Positions 16,528-25,628 of a stretch of 58,490 bases of DNA are shown here, one piece after another (the stretch's first letter is position 1; each line of letters begins with the position of its first letter). The notes beneath the pieces are model-generated. The model saw only the letters and a list, made by a program, of their open reading frames with translations, had not been told where the DNA came from and did not search any database. Made by a program: the position numbers and the translations under genes. This DNA is from Syntrophorhabdales bacterium (GTDB lineage: Bacteria > Desulfobacterota > Syntrophorhabdia > Syntrophorhabdales > WCHB1-27), in the NCBI GenBank assembly GCA_049521495.1, contig JBEKOT010000003.1:1-58490 (forward strand), given 5' to 3'.

Positions 16528-18072
16528 GTGAACACAATCGATCTTGTCGTGAGGAATGGGCGAATCTATCCTTACGATACTGCATTTGTAGAAGTGAGGC
16601 CTCTTTCGAAGGCAAGGATCGAGACCACCTGGAAGGAGTTCGATGAACGGACGAACAGGCTGGCAAACGGGCTCCTTAAAAAAGGGGTGAAGAAAGGCGA
16701 CAGGGTCTTCCTTTTGGGGAGGAATTCTATAAGCTGGCTGGAAGCCTATTTCTCCATAATAAAGACGGGCGCCTGGGTGAATCCTCTCAATTTTCGTTTC
16801 ACCGCCGAAGACGTTGCCTATTGCGCCGCCGCAGCCCGGCCGGCATGTTTCATCTTCGACGACGAGTATGCCGGTATGGTTTCTGCTGCCCGGCTCCGCT
16901 GGCCCTCTGTAGAAACGTTCATCAACATGGGCGGCCTTGCAGTGGAGGGCGCGGAGAACAAGGAAAGCCTGATCGGGGCAAACAGTCCCCTGAACCCTGC
17001 CGCCGACTTGAAGGACGAGGACGAGTGCGGGCTCTACTTCACTTCGGGAACGACGGGCGCACCAAAGCCCATACTCCTTCTTCACAAGAACCTGTTCGGC
17101 ACGGCGGTGAACGAGGTCACCAATCTGTTATTGACGAAAGAAGACGCCCTCCTCATGATACCTCCCATGTATCACGTGGCCATGGGCCATTTGCTCGGTT
17201 CCATGCTCGCAGGGGCGAAGACTGTTCTCCTGACGGAGGCGGTGACCCCGAGGGCCATCTTCGAATCGGTGGACAAAGAAAAATTGCGGGTCGTCTTCCT
17301 GCTCGTCCCATGGGTGCTGGATCTCCTTGAGGCCCTCGATAAGGGGGAATTGAGCAAGAATGATTATGACCTGAGAGGATGGCGCATCCTGCAGATGGGC
17401 GCGCAGCCCATACCTACGAGCCTTGTCAGGAGATGGAAGGAATACTTCCCCCTGATGGAGTGTCACAACACATACGGCTTGAGCGAGACCATGGGGCCCG
17501 GAACGATCCACAACCGGCTCGACGATGAGGACAAGATAGGCGCTATCGGAAAACCCGGTCTCCTGTGGGACGCCAGGATCGTCGACAACCTGGGTGAAGA
17601 TGTGCCTCGGGGGGAGGTGGGCGAGATTGTCGTCAAAGGCATGGGGGTCATGAAGGAATACTACAAGAACCCCGAGTTGACGGCGCGGACTTTAGTGAAC
17701 GGCTGGCTGCGCACGGGCGATCTGGGGAAAATGGATAAAGACGGGTTTATCTATCTTGTAGACAGACAAAAGGATCTCGTCATCAGCGGCGGAGAAAACG
17801 TCTACCCCGTGGAGGTGGAAGAGGTGATCCAGAAGCACCCCAAGGTGCGCGACGTAGCGGTAATCGGGACGGCCGACGAGAGGTTGGGCGAAGTGGTCAC
17901 GGCAATAATCGATCCCGTCGATGATGGAACATTGACCGAGCAGGAAGTGGCACTCTTCTGCGAGCAGAACCTCCCGCGGTACAAGCGGCCGCGCCGGATC
18001 ATCTTCGGGAGCGTCCCCAGGAGCGCGACGGGAAAGATAGAAAAACCGAAGCTAAGGGCGAGGTACAAATAG
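16528..18072 (+). CDS. AMP-dependent acyl-CoA ligase (class I adenylate-forming enzyme)
   Basis: YFTSGTTGAPK, YGLSE, TGDLG, SGGENVYP, TGKIEK. Confidence 0.93.
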   Translation: MNTIDLVVRNGRIYPYDTAFVEVRPLSKARIETTWKEFDERTNRLANGLLKKGVKKGDRVFLLGRNSISWLEAYFSIIKTGAWVNPLNFRFTAEDVAYCAAAARPACFIFDDEYAGMVSAARLRWPSVETFINMGGLAVEGAENKESLIGANSPLNPAADLKDEDECGLYFTSGTTGAPKPILLLHKNLFGTAVNEVTNLLLTKEDALLMIPPMYHVAMGHLLGSMLAGAKTVLLTEAVTPRAIFESVDKEKLRVVFLLVPWVLDLLEALDKGELSKNDYDLRGWRILQMGAQPIPTSLVRRWKEYFPLMECHNTYGLSETMGPGTIHNRLDDEDKIGAIGKPGLLWDARIVDNLGEDVPRGEVGEIVVKGMGVMKEYYKNPELTARTLVNGWLRTGDLGKMDKDGFIYLVDRQKDLVISGGENVYPVEVEEVIQKHPKVRDVAVIGTADERLGEVVTAIIDPVDDGTLTEQEVALFCEQNLPRYKRPRRIIFGSVPRSATGKIEKPKLRARYK

Positions 18073-18133
18073 TCAAAAAACCTGCTAGGCCCTAACTTGC
18101 CTCATTTCAAGCCCCGCAGGCTCTGCCCCTGCT

Positions 18134-19135
18134 TCATTCGCGCAGGACGACGACCTGCTCGCGGGAAGGATCACTCTCATTGCCGCTCCTGTCGACGGCC
18201 GTCACGTAATACGAGACGTAACGGACCTCCGGGCCGGGTGCGGCGTCAAAGTATTGCGGCTCGACAACCGGGACCTCGTTCACCTTCTCCCGTTCTTCCC
18301 CCTTGAGCCTGTAAACATTGTACCCTGCCACGTCGGCCTCCGGGCTTGCCTGCCATGACAGAAGAACTCCCTCCCCTTTCTTCTCCGCCTTGAGGCCTGC
18401 AGGCGGCGCGGGCGGCGTCAGGTCCCTGGGGGTCGCCTTGATCTGCGCCCCCTGGCCCTCGACTTGGAGCGTCCCCTCGGTCCGCACCGCCCTTACCTCG
18501 TACCTGTAAGTCTTACCGTTCTGCAAGCCCGTGTCCGTAAAGGTGTTGCCTGCTATGGGGGACTGGTTCAAGGGGAAGAGAGGATAGGTGCCGTTATCCC
18601 ACCTATAGACGTTGTACGACATCTTCTCGGCCCTCTGCCAGGACAGGATAATCTTCGAGTCCTGCTCCTCGGCCGCCACACCGGTAGGCGGAGGCGGCAC
18701 TTGCGGCCATTTTATGGAGAAAACGTTGGAGCCGTCCATCTGGATGCCCTTGTTGTTGACCGGATAGACCCTGTAGCCGTAAACGAAGCCGACTTGCAGA
18801 TCGTTGTCGTATGTGTAGAGCCTGCCGTTCCGTATCGTGTAGCCCTGTTTGTCCGCGAGGCGTATGTCCTTCCACAGCTCGAAGGCGCCGCCGCAAGGGC
18901 CGCAGCTTTTCATGATCCTGAAGCCGGCGAGGTCTTTCACGTCCGTTCCGTCCCTGTTCTTCCTGGGTATGGAAAAAGAGAGGAACAGGAGGCCGTCCTT
19001 TACATCGCCCCTCAGGTCGTTTATCGTCGTCGGAACGGGCAACCCTTTCGGGCGGGGGGGTCCTTTCTTGCCGCAAGCGAAAAGGGCGAGGAGCGCAAGG
19101 CTAAGAGCCGCGAAGATAAGCCGATTCTTTCTCAA
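18134..19135 (-). CDS. Lipoprotein with fibronectin type III domains (LptM-like N-terminal motif)
   Basis: Lipobox LFA-C followed by GKKGPPRP; FN3 repeats (YNVYR, YEVRAV, YYVTAVDRSGNES). Confidence 0.85.
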   Translation of the reverse strand: MRKNRLIFAALSLALLALFACGKKGPPRPKGLPVPTTINDLRGDVKDGLLFLSFSIPRKNRDGTDVKDLAGFRIMKSCGPCGGAFELWKDIRLADKQGYTIRNGRLYTYDNDLQVGFVYGYRVYPVNNKGIQMDGSNVFSIKWPQVPPPPTGVAAEEQDSKIILSWQRAEKMSYNVYRWDNGTYPLFPLNQSPIAGNTFTDTGLQNGKTYRYEVRAVRTEGTLQVEGQGAQIKATPRDLTPPAPPAGLKAEKKGEGVLLSWQASPEADVAGYNVYRLKGEEREKVNEVPVVEPQYFDAAPGPEVRYVSYYVTAVDRSGNESDPSREQVVVLRE

Positions 19136-20477
19136 TCTGCCTCTCTACCTCCGCGAGGCTGGCGCCGCCGCTCGTCTTCCTGTGAGTTACCACATTTCGG
19201 GGGTCTATATAGTCGAAAACCGTTTCGTCGAAGGCCTCGGAGTAGAGCCTTAGCTCGGCCAGGTCCATCTCCCAGAGAAAGCGCCTTGCCTCTTCGCACT
19301 TTTTGACCATCGTCCCCACGATGTGATGGGCCTCTCTGAAGGGTACGCCTTTTACCGCGAGGTACTCGGTCATCTCGACGGCTGGCATGAAGCTCTCGAC
19401 CACCGCTTTTTCCATGGCCTCCCTGTTGATGGAAAGGCCTTCGACGGCGAGCGTCATGATAGAAAGGGCGTCGCGGGCCGTGGAAAGACCCTGGAAGAGG
19501 GGCTCCTTGTCCTCCTGTAGGTCGCGGTTGTACGTGGAGGGGAGGCCCTTCAACAGGCAAAAGAGGGTGAAAAGCGCGCCCATAGCTCTTGAGGCCTTCC
19601 CCCTGACGAGCTCCAGGCTGTCCGGGTTTTTCTTGTGGGGCATGAGGCTGCTTCCCGTACAGAGGCTGTCCGGGAGGGAAAGGAAAGAGAATTCTTCGGT
19701 GGAAAACAGGATGAGGTCCTCCGAAAGCCTGCTAAGATGGAGCATGATCATGGCTGCGCAGTAAAGGGCGTCGAAGACGAAATCGCGGTCCGAGGCTGCG
19801 TCCATGCTGTTATCAGAGATTGCGGAGAAGCCGAGCTGGCCTCTCAAGAACTCGCGGTCGACGGGCAGGGTCGAGCCGGCCAGGGCCCCGCTGCCGAGGG
19901 GCATCACATCGGCCCCCATGCGTGCCTCGGCGACCCTCTGTCTGTCTCTTTTCAGGGCATAGTAAAAGGACATGAGGAAGTGGGCGAAGGGGACTACCTG
20001 CGCCCTCCTCGTATGGGTATACCCCGGCATGATAGCCGTCTTTTCGGCTTCAGCCTTCTTCACTATGGCCCACATGAGGCTTTTCAGCCCCTCGTCGAGC
20101 CCTGTGAGCTCGTCCTTCACGCACATCCTCGTGTCGAGGGAAACCTGCTCGTTCCTGCTCCTGCCCGTATGGAGCTTCTTGCCCAGATCGCCCACCTTTT
20201 CGATCAGCCTCTGCTCAACGTGCATGTGGATGTCTTCCAGCTCGTCCCGGAGGGGGAGCTTGCCTTCGGCGATCTCCGATTCTATTTCCCGCAAGCCCGT
20301 GACGATGCGGGATATTTCCTCTTCGGTCAGTATGCCGGCCCGCCCGAGCATTCTTGCATAGGCGACGCTGCCCTCTATATCGTAGCGGAAGAGGCGCCAA
20401 TCGACCCCGATGGACGAGCTGAAGCGCTCCATGAGAGCGTCCGTCGGCCGGCTGAACCTTCCCTCCCAAGGCTTCAC
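19101..20477 (-). CDS. argH: Argininosuccinate lyase
   Basis: WEGRF, EDIHM, LHTGRSRN, TGSSLMPHKKNPD, YNRDLQEDK. Confidence 0.97.
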   Translation of the reverse strand: MKPWEGRFSRPTDALMERFSSSIGVDWRLFRYDIEGSVAYARMLGRAGILTEEEISRIVTGLREIESEIAEGKLPLRDELEDIHMHVEQRLIEKVGDLGKKLHTGRSRNEQVSLDTRMCVKDELTGLDEGLKSLMWAIVKKAEAEKTAIMPGYTHTRRAQVVPFAHFLMSFYYALKRDRQRVAEARMGADVMPLGSGALAGSTLPVDREFLRGQLGFSAISDNSMDAASDRDFVFDALYCAAMIMLHLSRLSEDLILFSTEEFSFLSLPDSLCTGSSLMPHKKNPDSLELVRGKASRAMGALFTLFCLLKGLPSTYNRDLQEDKEPLFQGLSTARDALSIMTLAVEGLSINREAMEKAVVESFMPAVEMTEYLAVKGVPFREAHHIVGTMVKKCEEARRFLWEMDLAELRLYSEAFDETVFDYIDPRNVVTHRKTSGGASLAEVERQIEKESAYLRGS

Positions 20478-21145
20478 AGGCGCTCACCGAATATGGCTGT
20501 CCCGACTCGCACCATGGTCGCCCCTTCCTCGACGGCTACCTCGAAATCGGCGGACATCCCCATGGACAGCTCCGTCATCTTCATGCCGAATTCCTTGTTG
20601 ACCCTGGAAAGCAGCTCCCGCAGCGCGGCAAAATAGGGGCGCGATTTTTCCGGGTCCTCGTCGAAGGGAGGCATGGTCATGAGCCCGATGGGCCTCACAT
20701 GCCTCAGAGTCGCGGCCTCCTTCAGAAGCCCTCTCAGCGACTCCTCCGTGGCGCCGTGTTTCGTCGCCTCACCGGAAAGGTTGACCTCGAAGAGAAGGTC
20801 GAGCGGCTTTCCGAGCCGCTCCAGTTCCGAAAGGAGCGCTATCCTGTCGATTGAGTGGATGTAGCTGAAAAGGCGGGCGGCGTGTTTTGCCTTGTTTGTC
20901 TGAAGGTGGCCGATCATGTGCCACGTGGGCCCCGGACCGAGGGCCTCTACCTTCCCTTTAGCTTCCTGCACGTAATTCTCCCCGAAATCGACAAGCCCCA
21001 GCGCGGACGCCTCGGCCACCTTTTCGACGGCGACCTTCTTCGTTACAGCTATGAGCCTTACCTCTTCCGGCCGGCGCCCTGCCCTCAGGCAGGCGCGAAG
21101 TATCCGGTCGCGCGTGGCGGCTATGGACTCCGCTATATTGCTCAC
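20474..21145 (-). CDS. yggS: PLP homeostasis protein (YggS/PROSC)
   Basis: AVTK, FGENYVQE, WHMIGHLQTNK, GLMTM, LSMGMSADF, VRVGTAIFG. Confidence 0.96.
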   Translation of the reverse strand: MSNIAESIAATRDRILRACLRAGRRPEEVRLIAVTKKVAVEKVAEASALGLVDFGENYVQEAKGKVEALGPGPTWHMIGHLQTNKAKHAARLFSYIHSIDRIALLSELERLGKPLDLLFEVNLSGEATKHGATEESLRGLLKEAATLRHVRPIGLMTMPPFDEDPEKSRPYFAALRELLSRVNKEFGMKMTELSMGMSADFEVAVEEGATMVRVGTAIFGERL

Positions 21146-21732
21146 GAAAGGATGCCCAGGGAGAGAAGGGCTTCTGTTATCTCGCAGATGGGCAGACCGA
21201 CCACGTTCGTATAAGAGCCCTTTATCTCCTTCACCATGTAGCCGCCCTTTCCCTGCACTGCGTATGAGCCGGCCTTGTCGAAGGGCTCCGATGTCTCCAC
21301 GTACTTAGCTATCTCTTCATCCGTCAGATCCTTGATGAAGACCTTCGTCTCGGCCACGTCCTGATAAACGATCCGTTTGGACACGTTGAGGATGCAGTAG
21401 CCTGTGAAGACCTTGTGCCAGTTTGCTCGGAGCCTCTTGAGCATCGCAAAGGCGTCTTCTTCCGTCTTCGGCTTGCCCAGCACCCTCCCTTTGTGGACCA
21501 CGACGGTGTCCGCCCCGATGATCCATTTCTCGGGAAAGAGACTCCCCACCTTCTGCGCCTTCTCGTAAGAGATCCTGAGGACATAATCCTTAGGCGACTC
21601 GTACGGCCTCCTGCGCTCGATGATGGCCGGGGGCATGATGGCAAAGGATATGCCCAGGCTTCTAAGGATGTCGATCCTTCTCGTCGATTCGCTCGCGAGC
21701 ACTATCGCGTTCTCATCGCTTATGTGGAACAT
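21142..21732 (-). CDS. maf: Maf family nucleotide pyrophosphatase
   Basis: LASESTRR, GADTVV, LGKP, DKAGSYAVQG, NVVGLP. Confidence 0.95.
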   Translation of the reverse strand: MFHISDENAIVLASESTRRIDILRSLGISFAIMPPAIIERRRPYESPKDYVLRISYEKAQKVGSLFPEKWIIGADTVVVHKGRVLGKPKTEEDAFAMLKRLRANWHKVFTGYCILNVSKRIVYQDVAETKVFIKDLTDEEIAKYVETSEPFDKAGSYAVQGKGGYMVKEIKGSYTNVVGLPICEITEALLSLGILS

Positions 21733-21879
21733 ATGCTACAAAATAATATGAATTGACGGCTAATTCAAGTCAAATCTCCGGGGCGGTGCGGCCGGGCCCT
21801 TTCCGCGCCCAATGTGCCCGACCGCGCACACCGCGCCCTTTGTGCCTCCATTGCGGCTCATGGAATGAACACAAAAGCC

Positions 21880-23217
21880 CTAATAAGATCGGGAAAAGGA
21901 CCTGGAACGCCGTCGGCGCCGCACGATTAATGCAGCCAGACAAAAAAGAAGCAGCGAAACCGGCGCGAGAGGATATTTTATGCTGTAGACCAGGGGTTTG
22001 ATAAGATACCGGGTGAGACTTCGAAGATAGGGCCTCGGTCCGATGTAGGTTGCAATTGAAGGGGAAACTCGATAATAGAAAACGACGAATCTTCTCCCCA
22101 ACCGGCTCTTCATAAGATGTTCGTCCCTGAAGCGCTCGAGGGCCTGAACATCGGGGGACGTGTGATCGCCATACGCCGCAGTCGCGATGAAACAGGCGCT
22201 TTTCGTGACTTGGCTCCCCGTATTGACGGTGGGGGAAGCGGTACCCGAGGGGGCCGGAGAAGAAGATGACGAACATGACAACTGAAGGGGCGGCGACGGA
22301 TCTGTGACAGGCGGAATCACGCTCTTGACGTATGCGATAGCCGATGTTCCGAAATCGCTGTTCACGGATACTTCGCTATAGGCTATCCGGAAGAACCCGC
22401 ATTCGCCCCATGCAGTGCCCCAACTGTTCTTTCCGATGAAATAGCCCCCACTGTCGTCGTATCCTACGATATTGATTCCGTGCCATCCCACAAGATTGCC
22501 TGATACGTGACTGTATATGCCCGATTTGTAACTGAAGAAGTCATCGTAGACGAGCATTGCAGCCGCTACGACGCCGAAGGCGGCAACGCCGTTCTTCAGG
22601 TCGTCGACCGTGTTGTTGATTCTCGAATACCCGGTGATCTTGTAAGCCCTGTTGCCCCAATCGGAGCAGGCCGAGCTGCAAGAACCGTCTGCACTTATAA
22701 AAGGATCGCACGCCTCGGGGGGTACCCCGGTATCGCGTACGAAAATTGCCGCGCCCTCGATCGTTGTCCCCGTAGAGCAACCGTACCCGCTGCATGAGAT
22801 CATAAACTGCTCGGAAAGATCGAGGTCCACGTCGGGTTCCTGGAGGTCTATGAGAACCTTTGACTCAAGGCTGGCAACAGCCGAAAAAGCCCAGCACGCC
22901 CCGCATGTTTTCTGGTCCTTGATGCTGGTGACGTAACTGTGCCCGTCATAGTTCCTCCAGTCCAGGGCAGCGGGCAGGACGGCATCGGGCGAAGCATATA
23001 CAGCGGCCGATGCGGGAGAACCCGAATGCACGACTGTCGCGAGAAGGCCTTTTCTTTGCTCCCTGGTCAGGTCCGTCAGCGGCGTCCGGCCTGCCGTCCA
23101 ATTCGCCCCGCTCGCACTTATAGCGGCATTTATGTCCGTGAGCTCATCGGCCTTCGATTCGGCAATCGTAACGAATATTAGCAGCGCCGTCAGCAGGTGT
23201 AAAAGTTTCTTGGGCAT
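21880..23217 (-). CDS. Secreted papain-family (C1A) cysteine protease with C-terminal CFI-box-CTERM domain
   Basis: Signal peptide; LDWRN, QKTCGACWAF, LSEQ, WHGINIVGY, KNSWGTAWGECGFF; Pro/Ser linker; CFIATAAYG...FRD...FYY..SP, then TM helix and RRRRRSR tail. Confidence 0.92.
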   Translation of the reverse strand: MPKKLLHLLTALLIFVTIAESKADELTDINAAISASGANWTAGRTPLTDLTREQRKGLLATVVHSGSPASAAVYASPDAVLPAALDWRNYDGHSYVTSIKDQKTCGACWAFSAVASLESKVLIDLQEPDVDLDLSEQFMISCSGYGCSTGTTIEGAAIFVRDTGVPPEACDPFISADGSCSSACSDWGNRAYKITGYSRINNTVDDLKNGVAAFGVVAAAMLVYDDFFSYKSGIYSHVSGNLVGWHGINIVGYDDSGGYFIGKNSWGTAWGECGFFRIAYSEVSVNSDFGTSAIAYVKSVIPPVTDPSPPLQLSCSSSSSPAPSGTASPTVNTGSQVTKSACFIATAAYGDHTSPDVQALERFRDEHLMKSRLGRRFVVFYYRVSPSIATYIGPRPYLRSLTRYLIKPLVYSIKYPLAPVSLLLFCLAALIVRRRRRSRSFSRSY

Positions 23218-23334
23218 GCAGTATCACCGTTTTGGCGCCGCGAGGTAATATCGGCTTCACAGCAGAGGGTTTGTTTCGGCGGTATCACTTTGCGCCTTTA
23301 GATCTCTTGTCGATATTTTCAATGCCTTCCATGC

Positions 23335-23796
23335 CTATTTTAAAACCCCCTCAGCCCAGGGCAGGAGGCGGTTCAACTGTTTGCCGTCACCGGTCCAGAC
23401 CGTGCTGAGGCCGAAGACGCTCTTGCCGTCACCGGTCCAGACTGCGCTGATCTCTAGAACATTCGTACCGTCCGCCAACCAGACGGGGCTGAGACCAAAG
23501 ATGCTCTTGCCGTCGCCGGTCCAGACGGGGCTCAAGGGCCCCAAATACCTGCCGTCGGCTTTCCAGACCGCGTAATCGATAGCTGCGGGATACGGCCCGT
23601 AAAGCCCACGGTATGCTACATAATTCCCCACATAGTTATAGCCATAGAAAGGTTGATAGTACGGATAGACCAGAGCCGTAGGGTGTAGCACATAGGGAAA
23701 ACGGACAGACCCGAAATAGATTACGTCGTAAGAGCCCGCGGGAGCGACCAGTGCAAATATAAGGAGAGCAGAGCCGACCATACGGAGAAGCTTCAT
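23335..23796 (-). CDS. Secreted Tyr-rich protein with five 14-aa VWxxDG tandem repeats
   Basis: RBS AAGGAGG; signal peptide MKLLRMVGSALLIFALVAPAGS; repeats SPVWTGDGKSIFGL / SPVWLADGTNVLEI / SAVWTGDGKSVFGL / STVWTGDGKQLNRL. Confidence 0.8.
   Translation of the reverse strand: MKLLRMVGSALLIFALVAPAGSYDVIYFGSVRFPYVLHPTALVYPYYQPFYGYNYVGNYVAYRGLYGPYPAAIDYAVWKADGRYLGPLSPVWTGDGKSIFGLSPVWLADGTNVLEISAVWTGDGKSVFGLSTVWTGDGKQLNRLLPWAEGVLK
23365..23575 (-). repeat. 42-nt intragenic tandem repeat
   Basis: TTGCCGTC(A/G)CCGGTCCAGAC at 23381, 23423 and 23507 (42-nt register), with diverged units at about 23465 and 23549. Confidence 0.85.
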
Positions 23797-23838
23797 TAGA
23801 AACCTCCTTTTTAGGGACCCGTACAAGGACTCGACAGC

Positions 23839-24459
23839 CTACCTCGTCTCTGACTGCTTCTGGGACAGAGCCTGGGCGGCCACCATCTTCTGGTATACCT
23901 CGTCGGACCATATGGTGATGCGCCCTTTCGGCCGGTCGTACCTCATAAGGATGATTGCGTATTTGGCCTTCCAGCTGCACTTTTCCGTATCTCCGTTTTT
24001 TTCTACGAAGGGGGGACCGAACAACTTGGTAAAATGGTCCTTGAAAGCCAGGTATCTAGGCAAGTCCTTGATATCGATCAAGGTGTTGCAGAACATTCCA
24101 TTCCAGAACCCGAAAAGCACTTTGTCGACCGGGATTTTTTCCACATGGGTGAGAGGTTTCTCCAGCACATATTGGGCGATGCCCCCAAGCATTGCGACGT
24201 CGCCGACATGCTTAAGTCCGTTTAGGAATCTCACGTCCGTTCCCCACGAGATACCGGCTATCCCCCTTAGCGGGACATCCCTCTGAGGCTCTGCGAGACC
24301 CGCCGCCTTTGCGTTCAATTCAGGGTCTCTTAACATTGGCTGGTATGCCCTGGGACCGAAGCCCCATTGTCCTACCTGGGCATAAGAGAGAGACGGGACG
24401 AGTATGAGACATATGACGGTCAGAATAAGCGTGCTTGAGACTGCGCGTTCAGGCATCAT
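23839..24459 (-). CDS. Secreted/periplasmic hypothetical protein
   Basis: Signal peptide ending SYA-Q; GIAGISWGTD segment followed by an alpha/beta globular region; RBS GGGAGGGG. Confidence 0.75.
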   Translation of the reverse strand: MMPERAVSSTLILTVICLILVPSLSYAQVGQWGFGPRAYQPMLRDPELNAKAAGLAEPQRDVPLRGIAGISWGTDVRFLNGLKHVGDVAMLGGIAQYVLEKPLTHVEKIPVDKVLFGFWNGMFCNTLIDIKDLPRYLAFKDHFTKLFGPPFVEKNGDTEKCSWKAKYAIILMRYDRPKGRITIWSDEVYQKMVAAQALSQKQSETR

Positions 24460-24535
24460 GCTTCCCCTCCCCCGCCGGTTTAGCGGGAAGGCGCACCGGC
24501 CGAAAGCGAAGGCGCGCCCCCTGTCGATTCTCCCG

Positions 24536-25528
24536 TCATTTTCCGATCACCTCGACCACATAGAAACAGACGAACGGCTTCGCGTAGCCGTCGCCAAGGG
24601 CAGTTGCATAAGCAAAGTTGACGGGCAGGCCCACGGCCATGTTCCCGAATCTTTCGAGCCATGTACCGCTTGCTCCGATCCCTAAGCTCTTGCCCTTTGT
24701 CTTGCTCGCCACGGTGAAGCCCTCGATCTTGATTATCATGCCGTTTGCGCCGAGATCTCTGGCCTTGGCGAGGGCCGCCATTTCACAATCGAGGATGCTT
24801 ACACCTTCAACGTCGCCGTGCGCCGAACCCGCGAAGAGATACCTGATTTTCTTTTCTACCGTACCGTCACCGTTTGCTTTAGGTGCTGCGGCCTTCATTG
24901 CCTCGTCTTTTGTCACAAAGACCCTGATGTTGCTGTAGCTCCCCTGTGCCTTATCGAAAGCCTTACCGTCCACGGCCACATGCTTGTCGAAGGCGCCAAC
25001 CTGACTGTAATCCCACTCGAGGGACATATCGAAAAGGGAGGGGCAGGTATTCCAAGCGCGGTTGACGTCGTAGTGGCGCATGAAGGGCAGCTCGGCGGGA
25101 GGGTTCATGGCAAACCCCGGATAGATCGTCGGCTGGTCGGGAAAGTTCAAAGTGACCGCGGGGCTGTCATTCTGCAGGACCACGGGCGGGCTGTTGTTCG
25201 CTATATTGACTGTTGGGCTATTGCTCATGTTCGTCGTGCTGGTCGTGGCGCCAGCGCCTGCGGCGTTAACTATGGGGGCTCCGGTCGTTATGTTCACCGA
25301 GGGGCTGCTGGAATAGTTGCTGTAGACGCTGAGCTGAGACTGGCTCTGGCTTTGCTGGTTCTGTTGGGACTGGGCAGCGACGGCCGCGTTGCTGGTGGCG
25401 AAAGCGCCCGTGCTGCCCAACTGGGTTGATGTGCCGGAACCTGACTGGGTATTCAGGCTGGCGTCCTGAGCTAGTGCCGGACCGACAAGCCCGAGGAGCA
25501 GAACCGCTATAATAGAGAGAGATTTCAT
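24536..25528 (-). CDS. Secreted protein: S/Q/N/T-rich repeat N-terminus plus globular C-terminal domain
   Basis: RBS GAGGAGG; signal MKSLSIIAVLLLGLVGPALA; QSQQNQQSQSQSQ tract; SPxVxI/L repeats; C-terminal ALAKARDLGANGMII helix-strand. Confidence 0.8.
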   Translation of the reverse strand: MKSLSIIAVLLLGLVGPALAQDASLNTQSGSGTSTQLGSTGAFATSNAAVAAQSQQNQQSQSQSQLSVYSNYSSSPSVNITTGAPIVNAAGAGATTSTTNMSNSPTVNIANNSPPVVLQNDSPAVTLNFPDQPTIYPGFAMNPPAELPFMRHYDVNRAWNTCPSLFDMSLEWDYSQVGAFDKHVAVDGKAFDKAQGSYSNIRVFVTKDEAMKAAAPKANGDGTVEKKIRYLFAGSAHGDVEGVSILDCEMAALAKARDLGANGMIIKIEGFTVASKTKGKSLGIGASGTWLERFGNMAVGLPVNFAYATALGDGYAKPFVCFYVVEVIGK

Positions 25529-25628
25529 TAGGCACCCACCTCCTCGGTACATTTCGCTTCTCCTTTTTTGAGGTAAGCCCGGAGGGGGCAAGATTTTCAC
25601 CCCCTCGGCGCTTTACCGGTTGAGCGGC

